In this document: positions 40,416 through 51,980 of the stretch, piece after piece
Numbering within the stretch: position 1 is the stretch's first letter
Layout: each line of letters opens with the position of its first letter
IMG/VR virus record: IMGVR_UViG_3300025327_000013
Source: an uncultured virus (IMG/VR IMGVR_UViG_3300025327_000013)
Taxonomy: Duplodnaviria > Heunggongvirae > Uroviricota > Caudoviricetes
DNA: 64,000 nucleotides
Reading direction: 5' to 3' (one strand)
Translations under genes and position numbers: made by a program
Notes under the pieces: generated by a model
Database searches by the model: none
Told to the model about the DNA's origin: nothing
The model's input: only the letters and a program-made list of their open reading frames with translations

Positions 40416-41153
40416 ATGAAGACCGCCGAAGAATTGGACCACGATATTGCCGAACTCCTCGCCCGCAAGGCTGAGGGCGATTATACCCTGGCGGAGATGT
40501 TGTTCGCCTTCTGGAAGAACCAGGGCTATCGATTGCTGGGCTTCCGATCAATTGCGATGTATCTCAAGGAAAGGTTTCGGGGCCAAGAGCAGGACTCTGC
40601 CGCCCGCATGCATGCTCGAGGGTTTCAACGATTGATCCGCGAATTTCGGTTGGCGCAGGAGATCCCACTCTTTCGAGAGGCCTTCGATAGCATCTCGCGG
40701 AGCAATCGGCGCCTGATCGCCCAGGTCATTACGAAGGACAACGCGGCTGAGTGGGTGGCTAACGCAAAGAGCCTGAACTACCGGGAGTTGGAAGAGCTTA
40801 TCGTGAAATTGCCATCGGACAAAAAGAACGACGGCGTCACGTACAAAAAATTACGGCTGTATCCGGATCAACTGGAGATCTTTGAACGTGCTATTGAGAT
40901 CGCCCGTGGACTCGTGGATGATTCGAATGGATTCGATGGGCCGATGATTGAACTTTTGTGCCAAGAATTCCTGTCCACGTACACGCAATCCGATGGCTAC
41001 AAATCCGCGAGCTATTTCGAATGTCCTGCGTGCGGTGCCTTCGCATCCATGGCCAGGCATCCCGAGCAGGATGTGCCGGATGGCGCTCGCAAAGTGGTGG
41101 TGTTCGAATGTCGAAAGTGTGCGGTGGGTGTGGCGGTCAAGGCGTTTGGATAG
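40416..41153 (+). CDS. putative DNA-binding protein with C-terminal zinc ribbon
   Basis: YRLLGFRS..YLKERF helical domain; CPAC...CRKC. Confidence 0.6.
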   Translation: MKTAEELDHDIAELLARKAEGDYTLAEMLFAFWKNQGYRLLGFRSIAMYLKERFRGQEQDSAARMHARGFQRLIREFRLAQEIPLFREAFDSISRSNRRLIAQVITKDNAAEWVANAKSLNYRELEELIVKLPSDKKNDGVTYKKLRLYPDQLEIFERAIEIARGLVDDSNGFDGPMIELLCQEFLSTYTQSDGYKSASYFECPACGAFASMARHPEQDVPDGARKVVVFECRKCAVGVAVKAFG

Positions 41154-42045
41154 GAGGCATCATGGCATGTAATTTTATTCGTGATGAGCAGGGACAGGTA
41201 ATCGCTATCGCATGTGGGTCACCATGGGGAATTGGAGGTTATTATCATTGCCACGATTCAGCATGTTTCTGCGAAGGACGTGAGGTCTACGGATTTCCAC
41301 CGAGTGAAATGAATCCAGAAGACTTTACGCCAGATGAGGATAGTTGTACGCCGAAAGAACTAGCGGCACACGCTGAAGCGCTGGCTGTGTGGCGAGCGAG
41401 ATGAACAACGGTTTCAATTCCTACGAACGCCGTCGCCTCGAAACGCTCAATCGCCGCCTGACTGAGCTCCAGCGCCGGCTGCATGAGCTCACCTATACCG
41501 GCCCGTCGAAGTCATACACCATAGCGGAGGAAGCCGCGCTTCGGTGGGCGCTCCGTATCCTGAATGCGGATTCCGAGAAGGTGTTGGCGGAGATCATTGT
41601 GCAGGAACGGAGGGCTTGAGGGCTTCCACCCAAGGGTCGCCGACAACGGTGCAGAGTTCTGGGATCTGCGGGATAACTACTATTGTTAATCCTCGATACA
41701 TCTGGATATCACGTCTGACATTATTCGGAGCAGGAAGATAGAAATTGAGTTCTTCAACCAAATGTAGGTAACTCTTGCTATCGAGTACGAGGAACTTCGG
41801 ATAGTTGCCATGTGACTCAACATATCGATTAAAGAGTACGAGGATATTTCTACTGAGATTCGCGCGAGATAATTTCATTTAAGTACTCTGTGCCAGCGCC
41901 TGTCCATAGGAATTTACTCCTCCCAATGTCCGTTGCATGTACAGTCTTCTACGTTGCATTCATACCATCCATGTTCATCTGCCTCGTGTTCGCACGTACA
42001 GTCATGGAATGTCGGGTAGTCCTCAGGAATTACGGGATACTCCAC

Positions 42046-43149
42046 CTAAGTCACCGCCAGCGCGACCTTGACGTCCGGCCGTGTCACGTCGACCTTACCG
42101 ATCTTGGCGAGGTAGCGGATTCCTTCGGGTCGGATGACGCGGCGAGCTTGAGTCTCCATCAGGTTCAGCGCCCGAAGATAATTTTCATGCATAGAAAATT
42201 GGGAGGTGGAAATGCCCACACTTCGACTCAGTTCTGCCATGCCAATCCCTCGCGGCGCCCGGTTGTAGAGCGATTGGAGAATGCGCACGTCCATGGCATT
42301 CAGCCCAAGCTCATAGAGATTCAACCGTGCAATGACTTCGAGCGCCACATCGTTGTCGATGATCGTGCGGTCGGTGGCCGACGCTCGCGCTCGAGCGTAT
42401 TCTATCAAGCCATTGCTGGTGCCGGGATTGCGACGACTGTACTTCGCCAGCGTGGCCGCGGCGTCAGGTGTGATGGTGAGGTTGAGCCGAAGTCCAGCAC
42501 CAAGGATAATTTGCGCGATTTCATTTTCAGAGTACGGCTCGAGTTCAATCTGAAGGAGGAAACGGCGGAGCAGTGGTGCGGACAGTAAGCCTGGATCTGT
42601 GGTCGCGCCGATGCAGGTGAAAGGCCACACCTTGAAGTCGTTATACAGGCAGTGAATCGTTCGACCTTGCGCATCTAGAACTGGCTTGTTTCTGAGGTTG
42701 TGGTAAAAGACCCAGTCCTCAAGCACTGTAAACAGAGTTTCTTGATCGATGGACTGACGGTTTTTCCCTCCTGCGATCTGATGAATCTCGTCCAGGAAGA
42801 GGACTGACGGAATCTTCGTTTCGTCACGGAGATCGCAGAGCCGCATGAGCACCTGAAGGAGATCCGTCTGTGTTTCGAGTGTAGAGGCGGTGCTTTCGAT
42901 GTAGCCTCCGCCCATGTCTCGAGCGATGATCTTTGCGAACGACGACTTGCCCATGCCGGCTGGGCCGAAGAGGATCATGTGCGGGAGCGGTCTACTGTCT
43001 TTCTTCGATGCGGCAATTGCTTCGCGGATCTGCGTCTTCGCTCGTTCGTTGCCGATGAGGCTGTCCCAGTCCGTCGGGCGCGGCGAGTTTTTCTTTGTGA
43101 GCTTGGTCCATTCGGCTATGGTGGGGTGCTCCAACACGGCTTGAGTCAT
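42046..43149 (-). CDS. ruvB: RuvB-like Holliday junction branch migration ATPase
   Basis: RPTDWDSLIG, HMILFGPAGMGKS, LFLDEIH, FTCIGATTDPGLLSAPLLRRF, C-terminal winged helix (GLNAMD..ENYL). Confidence 0.85.
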   Translation of the reverse strand: MTQAVLEHPTIAEWTKLTKKNSPRPTDWDSLIGNERAKTQIREAIAASKKDSRPLPHMILFGPAGMGKSSFAKIIARDMGGGYIESTASTLETQTDLLQVLMRLCDLRDETKIPSVLFLDEIHQIAGGKNRQSIDQETLFTVLEDWVFYHNLRNKPVLDAQGRTIHCLYNDFKVWPFTCIGATTDPGLLSAPLLRRFLLQIELEPYSENEIAQIILGAGLRLNLTITPDAAATLAKYSRRNPGTSNGLIEYARARASATDRTIIDNDVALEVIARLNLYELGLNAMDVRILQSLYNRAPRGIGMAELSRSVGISTSQFSMHENYLRALNLMETQARRVIRPEGIRYLAKIGKVDVTRPDVKVALAVT

Positions 43150-43408
43150 AGTGATCCTATCTGCCGAATGTGACGATTAAGGAGCCGTACGATATGACGC
43201 CGTTCTAAATAGAGCAAGTGAGACGTGAATAGGCGGACGCATTCTTTAGCTAATAGATCACAAATAGCACGTACAGCGAAGGACATGCAATTACGAACGC
43301 CAGCATCAACGGTTTGCTCTCTGCGATTTACTGCGTCGACTTGTTGTTGAACATATATTACCCATTCAGGCGATATTTCTCGTAGCCAGTCTGGCTCAAA
43401 TTGCTTGT

Positions 43409-43705
43409 TCATCTACTCCGTCCACGTCCACCGTTCGGCTTTATTACGGGTGCCAACCGACGACCGTGCGTATCGAACAGATCGATGTCACCATTGATCG
43501 GCGAGCGCTGGCCGTAGCCCAAGCGATTCCCGCGTGAGTCATAGATGTCGTAGCGATCCGGTGTCCGTTGCTTGATCTCGTGGGTCCGTTCACCAGAGCG
43601 GTATATCGTACCGCTGGGGCTGGTCTGACCCGACGATGTCGGCCCGGCTGCGATGCAACACGCGAGGAGTCCCACTATTGCGAGGAACATTGAGCATATC
43701 TCCAT
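43409..43705 (-). CDS. small exported or membrane-anchored protein
   Basis: Hydrophobic N-terminus; repeated DIYDSRGNRL / DLFDTHGRRL. Confidence 0.5.
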   Translation of the reverse strand: MEICSMFLAIVGLLACCIAAGPTSSGQTSPSGTIYRSGERTHEIKQRTPDRYDIYDSRGNRLGYGQRSPINGDIDLFDTHGRRLAPVIKPNGGRGRSR

Positions 43706-44786
43706 GGTCGATGGCGTGCACTTCTTGACTGATCCATGCTGGGTCTAAATGGACGTACATACTGGTCAAGTTCAGGTTTGAGTGGCCGAGTTGTGCCTGG
43801 ACGTAGGGTGGTTTCATGCCACGCATGAGCGCATCGCTGGCAAACCAGGACCGGAATTTGTGAGGCGAGATACGCCGTCTGATACGTGCGTCTTCAGGTG
43901 CCGGGAAAACTTGTCGACAGAGTCGGATGACAAGATAATCGATTGCGGAGACGGAGAGAGGACGGCCAGGTTTGCGACCCGGGAAAAGCCAGGGTGAGGC
44001 GGAGAATCGGCGCAGCGAGAGCCAGAGCTGAACCGCTTGGGCCGTGGTACTCCAGAGATGGACTGTGCGGACCTTATTCCCTTTGCCGACGATGCGGATA
44101 GTGCTCGGGGCATCGGTACTGTACGTGAAATCGGCAGCTTTTGCATGGGTAACTTCACTGCGCCGCAATCCATTGGCAAGGAGGAGGATGATGGCTTCCT
44201 GTTGTGGGGACTTGCGATACCGGAAGATCTTCTTATACCACGCTTCGACAATCACGGTTTCGCGTTTGAGCGAGATTAGTGGTTGCCGTTGGATATCGAG
44301 GAACGGATTGCTTCCGCGAGGTCGGAGGCCTTGGCGTTCGAGCCAGTTGTAGAACTCCGTCGTGACGTCAACGAATAGCGTCCATCCTGGTGTGCGCCAA
44401 GGGAGGGTGTGCAAGGTTTTCTTGTCGTCATCCGCGATGATCTTGGCGCGGGCTTCAAGTCTGGCGGCATTGCGTGCAGCGTAATCCGCAGCATAGGCCT
44501 GGATCTCCGTCCGCACGGACGCTGTCGTGAATGCACCATTGTCCGAGAGTCCAACTTCTCGCAATGGGACTCGACACCGACGTGCAAACGCAAGGATCCA
44601 GCGTCGCCCGTTGTCGCAGGTTGCCTCTGCCCAGAATTGCTGTGGCGGTGCATTGTCGCTCTTGTAGAGTTCAGCGATGGTGATGGGTTCAGGTTCGATG
44701 CCGGCGCGTGAGCGAAGCCAGCGGTCCACGAGATCGACATCCTCGGGCCGAAGTGGATGGACCGGGAGACGCGGGAGCTCAGCCAT
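43590..44786 (-). CDS. tyrosine recombinase/integrase
   Basis: GLRRSE, GKGNK, PHKFR, LGHS, TSMY: complete catalytic set. Confidence 0.9.
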   Translation of the reverse strand: MAELPRLPVHPLRPEDVDLVDRWLRSRAGIEPEPITIAELYKSDNAPPQQFWAEATCDNGRRWILAFARRCRVPLREVGLSDNGAFTTASVRTEIQAYAADYAARNAARLEARAKIIADDDKKTLHTLPWRTPGWTLFVDVTTEFYNWLERQGLRPRGSNPFLDIQRQPLISLKRETVIVEAWYKKIFRYRKSPQQEAIILLLANGLRRSEVTHAKAADFTYSTDAPSTIRIVGKGNKVRTVHLWSTTAQAVQLWLSLRRFSASPWLFPGRKPGRPLSVSAIDYLVIRLCRQVFPAPEDARIRRRISPHKFRSWFASDALMRGMKPPYVQAQLGHSNLNLTSMYVHLDPAWISQEVHAIDHGDMLNVPRNSGTPRVLHRSRADIVGSDQPQRYDIPLW

Positions 44787-45621
44787 TGACCGCCACTAGC
44801 AATGCCGCTGCGATCTTTATAGCGTGTTCTTTTGTCAGGTGTGCTGTGCCTGAGAGATTTTCTGGTCGTGCTGATATCTCTATCCACACGAACGGTCCGC
44901 GCTGATTCCCTACAGCGACGGCAGAAGAACGCGAGATGGTGATGCGATTCCCATCGGTGTCTGACAGCGTTTGAACTGGGCCGAGCTTTTTCATCTTCTT
45001 CATATAGATTCCTTGTCAAGTAAACGTCGCAAGACTGGAAGCAGGGCTGCGCCAAGTTCCTCGTCGCGGGCGGTGCGTTCTGCAACTTGTCGTGGTGTTG
45101 TGTCTACAGTCCATGCATCGTCTTCGTCATACACGGCCTTGGCTGCCTTGATGAGGCGAAGGATGTCCGCTTTAACATTGTTTTGGGATCGCTTGTGCTG
45201 TTTCATTATTCAGGTATGGTGATTAACAGGTCGCGGGTCTCATGTCCCAAGGCATCAATCGCTTGACTCATTGCTAACCGTCCTTTGTTAGTGCTTAGGT
45301 TAAAAGATTCGCTCAACACGTCAAGCTTTGCCAGTATGGCTCGCATCGTTTTGGTTTGAGCGTGAAGAGAACACAACTCTATTTGGATATGTGAACTAGG
45401 TATCCCAACATCCGCGTATACATTCTTGACGGGCTTACAGATGAAGCAGTACTGAGGTGTACGTATATCCATTACCTGTCTCTATCCTTTATCTTGATCC
45501 TCTCCAGTTTACGCTTGAGCCGAGCACGCTCTATGAGGCGCTTAGCCGCTGCTTCCATTTCCTCTGGTGTCTTGTTACGGTTGCCGAGCGGTCTGGACAT
45601 GTGTGATTCCTCCTTGTTTGG

Positions 45622-45649
45622 ATAATAGAATAATTATAGAATAAGTCAA
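45622..45649 (-). promoter_or_regulatory. putative sigma70-type promoter
   Basis: On the minus strand TTGACT-16 bp-TATTAT, then AAGGAGG and the ATG of a 42 aa basic ORF (45472..45600). Confidence 0.55.
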
Positions 45650-46735
45650 GGTCTATTCGTGCATGTTCGCGGGGAGCTTGTAACCGTCAAAGCTTACGTG
45701 AACTACGTTAAGGTGATGTCTGTGGCAGACAACTTGAATTCCTAGCGGAGTCAGGCCGACACCGTACCGAGTGTAGAGGATAGGTTTTGCTGATCCTTGC
45801 TGGGCAGCGAGCTTGACCATTTCCTCGAGGCACACCTTGCAGTGGAAGTAACTCACGATTTGATTGTCCGTGGGAATCTCCGGGCCGCAGCAGAGATCGG
45901 CCATTATGTGCTGATATCCTGTTGGGGTTCAAGTCTTACCTCAAGCTCAGGGTACAGAATTTCTACTTCGAATGGTCCGGAGTGCCGCCGAAGCCATTTG
46001 GGGGCATTGCGATGTTTGATGAGCACATCGCTGTCGTAACTTCGATCCTTGAGCCAGTGTCCATGTTTGTCCTGCGCATCTTTGATTGGTACTAGAAACT
46101 CTGTCGGTCCATCTGCATCGATCTCCACCGCATAGTTATGGATCCAGGCCTGCGGGATAACTTTGATTCTCACCATTTCCTTCACGATGCCTTCCTCCCT
46201 TTGATGAGTATGAGCGGTGACAGTACAGGCTTGCCGTCTGGTCCCAGCACAACCGTGCGGGGACTCAAGCGCCGGCGCGGCTTCTTGCCGGTGTGAGTTA
46301 CGAGTTCACCGAGCATCGGTATCTTAGCTGGTCGCTTGGTCAACTGTCCGTCCGGCATCTTTCGATATGCGAAGGTCTGCAACTTGGCCCCCTATCATCA
46401 TTGGTTCAGCGGTATAGCGCGGCGGGCAGATAACGCGTTCCTCGATCCCTAGTAGGTATGCAGTTTCGCGGAACATCGCCACCAACTCGTTTTCGTCCAC
46501 TCCCTTGTGTTTCTTCGCAGCCGCCAGTGCTAGCTCGGCCACATGCAGGCGACTGGTTACTGTGATGCTCCTAACGTCGAGGGCCGTTTCGCGTGGCGTT
46601 TCGCGTGGCCCTGACACGGACTCAGCGCTGAAGCGGCACACCGCGCTCCAGGCGCGCACGTACCATGCTTTCGCTGCGTGGTTCTCCGACATATGTTGTT
46701 CACCTACAGAATAGAAATCAGCGAGCGCTGTTCGA

Positions 46736-47254
46736 TCAGTGTGTTCCATCGGTCGTCCGTCCATCGTCCTCCTCCTTGGTTGGGGTAAATGGTTCCGCTA
46801 CTGCTCCTCCTGCATCCGCAATCAGCTTCTGCCGGAGTTGTTCGTAGGCCGGCGTACGAGAAATCTGGATGAGCCCCCACATGCTTCGTTTGTCTCCCTC
46901 GAGCTTGTCCATATGTGCACTAAAAAATGCACAGCCGAATGGGGCTACGCTGTGGATCTCACATCGGTCTTCTGATGTGAGGAATATGCATCGACCACGC
47001 GTATCGACTTTAGGGGTGATAGTGCCGACGCGAAATAATTTGCCCGTTGCCGAATCTCCGACGATTGCCCCCTTTGAAGCTCTGAGGAATCCGAATACTT
47101 CTTGACGTGTTGTGATTATTCCTTTCTGAATGAGATGGTCTGCAATCGCAAATATGTCGCCGGGACAAAGATAAGATGGAGTAGTCATGCAGTAGGACAC
47201 GCATTGCGCACAGCTGCAGTCTTCGGTACGCGGAAAGGGCGGGAGGAATGCCAT
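46736..47254 (-). CDS. YkgJ-like cysteine cluster (Zn/Fe-chelating) protein
   Basis: CSCAQCVSYC...RCIFLTSEDRCEIHSVAPFGC. Confidence 0.75.
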   Translation of the reverse strand: MAFLPPFPRTEDCSCAQCVSYCMTTPSYLCPGDIFAIADHLIQKGIITTRQEVFGFLRASKGAIVGDSATGKLFRVGTITPKVDTRGRCIFLTSEDRCEIHSVAPFGCAFFSAHMDKLEGDKRSMWGLIQISRTPAYEQLRQKLIADAGGAVAEPFTPTKEEDDGRTTDGTH

Positions 47255-47944
47255 TTAGGATTTACGTTTCCTTTCGTACACCCACAGCTGATCGTGGAGA
47301 CCATACCATTGCGGGATTGCTAGTGAATGCACCTCTTCGAAATGTGTATGCAGTACGCGCTGAAAAGCTTTATCGCCTGTCGCGCCGTCTTCCTCGCCAA
47401 CGTAGATGATACGTTGTGAGTGATGCCACCGGACGCTGGCGGATGCCATCCGATCTCCGTACGGTGGCCAGCAAAGGAAAAGTGTGCGGTCGAGGTGTTT
47501 AGCTAGGACTTTAGGAGTACCAGTGTGGACGTGTGTCCAGCGTGGAAACTCCGCTGTTATAGTGGGCTCAATCTGTTGAAGCTGATCATCGACCGCGCGA
47601 CCCTCAGATCGCTGTTTACCTTCCTCGCCACACCAGTAATTGCTGTACGGCTTGATATCGTACGCAATAATATCGCCGCCCATTTGCTGAATGCACCACG
47701 CCCAGTATCCTCCGCCAGCGCCAATTTCTACTAGGGGGCTATACGACACGATCAGCTTGATTGCCTCTTCTGTCGGTATGGCCCACGCGTACTTCGGAGT
47801 GAGTATGCTGCGCTGTCGGATGTGATCGATCACGGCGTTCATTGGTTCTAGGCAACCGTATTGATCGAGTGTGCCCGGCAGCGCACGGAAGGCATCAAGG
47901 TATGGATTATCCATTTTTACGCGGAATCTCCAGGAAATGTCCAC
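47255..47944 (-). CDS. class I SAM-dependent methyltransferase-like protein
   Basis: VEIGAGGGYW motif I, IAYD, LFLCWPP, YVGE. Confidence 0.7.
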   Translation of the reverse strand: MDISWRFRVKMDNPYLDAFRALPGTLDQYGCLEPMNAVIDHIRQRSILTPKYAWAIPTEEAIKLIVSYSPLVEIGAGGGYWAWCIQQMGGDIIAYDIKPYSNYWCGEEGKQRSEGRAVDDQLQQIEPTITAEFPRWTHVHTGTPKVLAKHLDRTLFLCWPPYGDRMASASVRWHHSQRIIYVGEEDGATGDKAFQRVLHTHFEEVHSLAIPQWYGLHDQLWVYERKRKS

Positions 47945-48800
47945 GTGGACGTTGGGGTAATATCACTGGCCGACCAATCGATATCCTCCGCTGTGATGAC
48001 GAGAGGCTGATGGCCTTTGGGCTGCCACGTGAGGACGATATCAGCTATCAGCGGCTTGCCGTCCCGTACACGTTGGAGCAGCATCAGCCGCCCGCGTGGC
48101 GTGACGCCTGGCAAGCGGACGAGTTTCCCGTGTTCGAGGTGTCCGAAGCTGACGTTTTTAACAGGATAGATCATCACGTAACAATGGTTGGTTCAAAGCG
48201 ATTCCTTGAAGTCCGTTCGTGTTCATGGAGCAGTGCCTTGGTGTCTCTGTCATTTGGATCAAATCCCGCGTTACAAAGGAACGCATGAAGGTTATCCATC
48301 GTTTCCTGTACGGTTGGTCCAGGTTCCCAGCCCTTCCGATGGCCGGCATCGTAGGCTTTAAGCAGCCAGTAGATTTCGTTCGTCATCATGTCTTTCTGAG
48401 GTGCCCTTGGCGGATAGCTTCACGCAATCCACGTGCAAGATACACATACACGTCGCTGCCATCGTTGAATTTCTTGAGGGCATGTTTTACACCAACCAGG
48501 CGAACTTCATCGTACGCCCAGGCGAGTGCAAGGGCAATGACATCTTTGGGAGGTGCTATCGGAGAGCGGTAAGTCATAGCTTTGGCAAGGAGTCGTTGGC
48601 CTCGATATGAGGATGTCATACGTTCCTTTCAAGGATGCCGTAGCATGATGGGCATCGTTTGATGTACGCTGCCTGCCGGACTACTTCGAGTTGCTTTTTA
48701 ATGCCTACAGGGAAACGATCCTCGCCGCCTGCATTCCATTGGCAGCAGAGTGAGTACAGCTCTTCGAGGGCTTCTCGACGCGACGGCAGCGGATCTGTTT

Positions 48801-49175
48801 TCATGTTTTCTCCAGTAAGCCATTAGCCGTGGCCCACGTCTTTACGCGTTCGTATTCCCCGGCCCAGTTGTACAGATTGGCTCGGCCATAGGCTACTGTC
48901 GCTGCTTCGACAAGTGCAATACGGAATGTGCGGTCGTGGCCACTGCCGTTATATACGACATTATTGACATGATGGGCGAATTCATGAACGAGTTGAAACT
49001 TGCTTGCGTTTGGCGGGATAGTGACCCGGAGATACGTGGGACTGTATCGTCCTGAACGAGTCACGCGGACCCTGACTAATGGTGGAGCAATGCGAAAGTG
49101 CTTGCTCCAGATGCGGAGATCCACTGCGTATTCCTGTTCCATGATGCTGCGCTTACCGCGGCTGAGGTAGGTCAT
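48801..49175 (-). CDS. zincin/SprT-like metallopeptidase domain protein
   Basis: LVHEFAHH...GHDRTF. Confidence 0.7.
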   Translation of the reverse strand: MTYLSRGKRSIMEQEYAVDLRIWSKHFRIAPPLVRVRVTRSGRYSPTYLRVTIPPNASKFQLVHEFAHHVNNVVYNGSGHDRTFRIALVEAATVAYGRANLYNWAGEYERVKTWATANGLLEKT

Positions 49176-49615
49176 ATGATGCTAATCATTCTTCTAGTGC
49201 GGAGCGTGATGCCGACCTCGAGGTCGGCGGGCTGGAAGGCGGCTTTCTTCTGTGCCTTGACGGATGGGGCAGGGGCTTCGTACATCGGGAGCGGCTGGCC
49301 GGTTTTGAAGAGATTGCGGATGTTGTAGATCTCGTTCTGAACCTGATCGATGTGCTTACACCCTCGCGCCTTGCCGGACTTTTTAAATATCCACGAAGGG
49401 CACGGGCACGAGACCTCCCCACTACGCCGGAGAATTACATCGTAGGATTTGTCTGGATTACTAACGGATTGGAAGCACCAGCTATACACGACAGTTTCCG
49501 GATTCCCCTCGATCTCAACCTTGCGACCTTGAAGCGTTACTACCACGGGGTGTTCTCCTCTTGGTGAAGTTCCCTCTTGCAAATGCTCCGAAGTGTTTAA
49601 GCGCGAGGGCGTCAT
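49172..49615 (-). CDS. SWIM zinc finger protein
   Basis: SCPCPSW...GCKHI; true start probably downstream of the called one. Confidence 0.7.
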   Translation of the reverse strand: MTPSRLNTSEHLQEGTSPRGEHPVVVTLQGRKVEIEGNPETVVYSWCFQSVSNPDKSYDVILRRSGEVSCPCPSWIFKKSGKARGCKHIDQVQNEIYNIRNLFKTGQPLPMYEAPAPSVKAQKKAAFQPADLEVGITLRTRRMISII

Positions 49616-50075
49616 AGACTCGTGCGCCCTCTCGTTGACTGTCTACTCGTTGCATGTACTGATGGCCCAAGATGGTAATGCCAGCAAACCATCCGGCGCG
49701 ATTACGGCCCCATGCGTTGCACCACCAGACGCCTTTATAGCGAGACGTTTTTCTTTTTCCCTTTACCATTATTTTAGCGCGTCTATTCATTTGCTGTTGA
49801 CTGTATGTAGCGAGGCGCAAGTTACGTCGTCTGTTGTTAAGTCCATTTCTGTCCATATGGTCAACTGTTATGCCAGTCTTCGCATGCATGATTTCGCGGT
49901 GCATGAGGATCATCCGTACTTTACCGTTCGCACTGACTCCGCGGACGGCGTACCACTTAGTTTTTGTTCTCAAGGCTGACCACTTCCAATGTTTAACAAG
50001 GGGCCAATCTCGTCGATCGATGATCGTACTTTTGCCTTTGGTAAGCTGTAGTCTTATAACGGCTCTCGTGGACAT
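49515..50075 (-). CDS. HNH-AP2 homing endonuclease
   Basis: MHREIM, VDHMDRNGLNNRRRNLR, SRYKGV...YDALALKHFGAFA. Confidence 0.85.
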   Translation of the reverse strand: MSTRAVIRLQLTKGKSTIIDRRDWPLVKHWKWSALRTKTKWYAVRGVSANGKVRMILMHREIMHAKTGITVDHMDRNGLNNRRRNLRLATYSQQQMNRRAKIMVKGKRKTSRYKGVWWCNAWGRNRAGWFAGITILGHQYMQRVDSQREGARVYDALALKHFGAFARGNFTKRRTPRGSNASRSQG

Positions 50076-50080
50076 ACAGA

Positions 50081-50941
50081 TTACTTTACAGCAAATCGCC
50101 CGCCGCGCACAAGCTGATCTAGGGTGCATTCCTCGGCACTCTTATCATCGCGCCACGGGACTGGGCGGACGAGCACGGGCTGAACCAGTTTGTTACCGGG
50201 CGTGGAATAGAGATATGAACACTCAGCAATCCGCGCCTTACCGGGCTCTATCTGAGTGAAAAACTGTTGTGCCGAAACTTGTCCTATATTGACAGATTTA
50301 CCATTGTCATCCCTCACGTACATTTCAAACGAAGCCTTGAGGTCCTTGGCCTCACGCCGTAGTACGATACACGTCAGACTCTTTCTGAATTTAAGCCGTC
50401 GTATTGGTCCACCCTCAGCAGGTCGACCAGGGCGATACGGTGCACGGAGATCTTTAGCTATGCACCCTTCAGCATTCTCAATCCGAAGCCGAGTGAGCAG
50501 TGTGCGCTTGTCCTCCGCAGTGAACGCCGTTTCGACGACACGCGTCCAGGCAAAGGCGTTCTGATCTCGCTGAGCGCGGCGATGGAGCGTGCGGAGTTTG
50601 TCGAAGCGCTCGGCATAGGGGCACTCACGGAGATCCTCGCTGGCCAGATACAGCAGGTCGAAGACGACATACCCGCCCTCGTGGAGTCTTTCTCCGTCTA
50701 CAATCGTATTCTCTGGGAGGCCATGGATCGCATTGCCGAAGGCTACCGGACACGCGTGCGGTTCGCCTTTGCGATTGCGCGTGTCTATGCGATCGCCGGA
50801 CAGGCGTGAGGCGAGGACGTGAACGCCGTCGGCTTTCAATTGAAATAGCCAGTTAGGATCTTTAGTCAAGCGCTCGAACTCTGCTTCGCTGGCGTCATTT
50901 GGAAGCATGACTACTTGATTGCCAGCAAGATCGAGGTTCAT
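50081..50941 (-). CDS. ATP-dependent DNA ligase (minimal, LigD ligase-domain-like)
   Basis: KADG motif I, VDGE, VFDLL, EGCIAK...YRPGR, RLK; C-terminal OB-like domain ending WRDDK. Confidence 0.85.
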   Translation of the reverse strand: MNLDLAGNQVVMLPNDASEAEFERLTKDPNWLFQLKADGVHVLASRLSGDRIDTRNRKGEPHACPVAFGNAIHGLPENTIVDGERLHEGGYVVFDLLYLASEDLRECPYAERFDKLRTLHRRAQRDQNAFAWTRVVETAFTAEDKRTLLTRLRIENAEGCIAKDLRAPYRPGRPAEGGPIRRLKFRKSLTCIVLRREAKDLKASFEMYVRDDNGKSVNIGQVSAQQFFTQIEPGKARIAECSYLYSTPGNKLVQPVLVRPVPWRDDKSAEECTLDQLVRGGRFAVK

Positions 50942-51980
50942 TACTTGCTACGCCAGGCCTGAGTATATTGGGAAGACTTCTCCCATTGCCGCGAGATTTT
51001 TATGCAATCTCCCCATTCGGAGAATGGTCCGACTACTACTGGACTCTGATACGGCGCGTATGCTAGAAACCACCAAGCGAGCAGGATACGAGTCACGGTC
51101 TGTAGTCCTCCGGATGCGGCGTGTCGCGCCTCTCAAAGATTACCTCAGGATATAACTGTCCTCGGCTTCCGCCGCTCACGATGCGCTCAAACGTCTCAAA
51201 CTCTTCTCCGGCAGAGAATACAAGATCGCCTGACTTGGCGAAGGTTTGATTTGGCTCAGGTGCGACGAACACGGCCACGTGGACATGCCCGCCGAGCGTG
51301 TGATAGCGAAATTTAAACGTGCGCATGGCTTAGTATTCTCCGTCAAGAAGAACACGGACATGATTTCGGCGAAGGTCAAGCTCTTCTATCTCTAATTCTG
51401 GATTCGTTGCCAGTAAACCCATATCCTTGAGTGTGGCATTCATATCTCGATAGGCGTCTTTCTTTGTCTGTGCGACGATCACAGCACAAGCGCCAACTGG
51501 CCAGAACCCGTGGAATTTACAGGTGAAGACCATTATTCGTCTTCCTCGATGTCCTCGATCGTAATGCTTTCGCTATTGAAATAGCAATTGAGATGCACCG
51601 GCTCAGTGAGTACTGATACGTACTCCGGCAGATACTCTTTGAGCATTGTGAGCGCGGTCTGTGGATTTTTGGCCGTCATGCGCGCGACGAAGCCTACGGG
51701 GCCGGTGTTCGAGTTACCGACGCTTATGCGGTATTCTGGCATCGTTCATACTCCTCATTGGTGGCGTACTCAAGCAGATAATCATAGTCTGTATCCGACA
51801 TACTGCCGTTATTGAAGTCTCGGGCGTGGCGGCATGGTCCGTCCACGTCGCTGATGAGCGGGCCAGAGCCAGGCTCGTCCCGCGTGGCACGATAGCGTGG
51901 TTCGATGGCGATTTCCATCGGCTGATCGCACGTGTCATCGTCACCGTTGAGGGGACAGTTGAGTTTCATGTATCGTGTCT

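Noticed and set aside
41890..42588. 232 aa plus-strand ORF and similar long antisense ORFs (699..1277, 52065..52835, 54203..55000)
   Set aside because: Shadow frames opposite well-supported genes, with no recognisable motifs
43400..45010. attP or prophage boundary near the tyrosine recombinase
   Set aside because: The gene is embedded among overlapping ORFs; no tRNA fragment, arm repeats or host genes are visible
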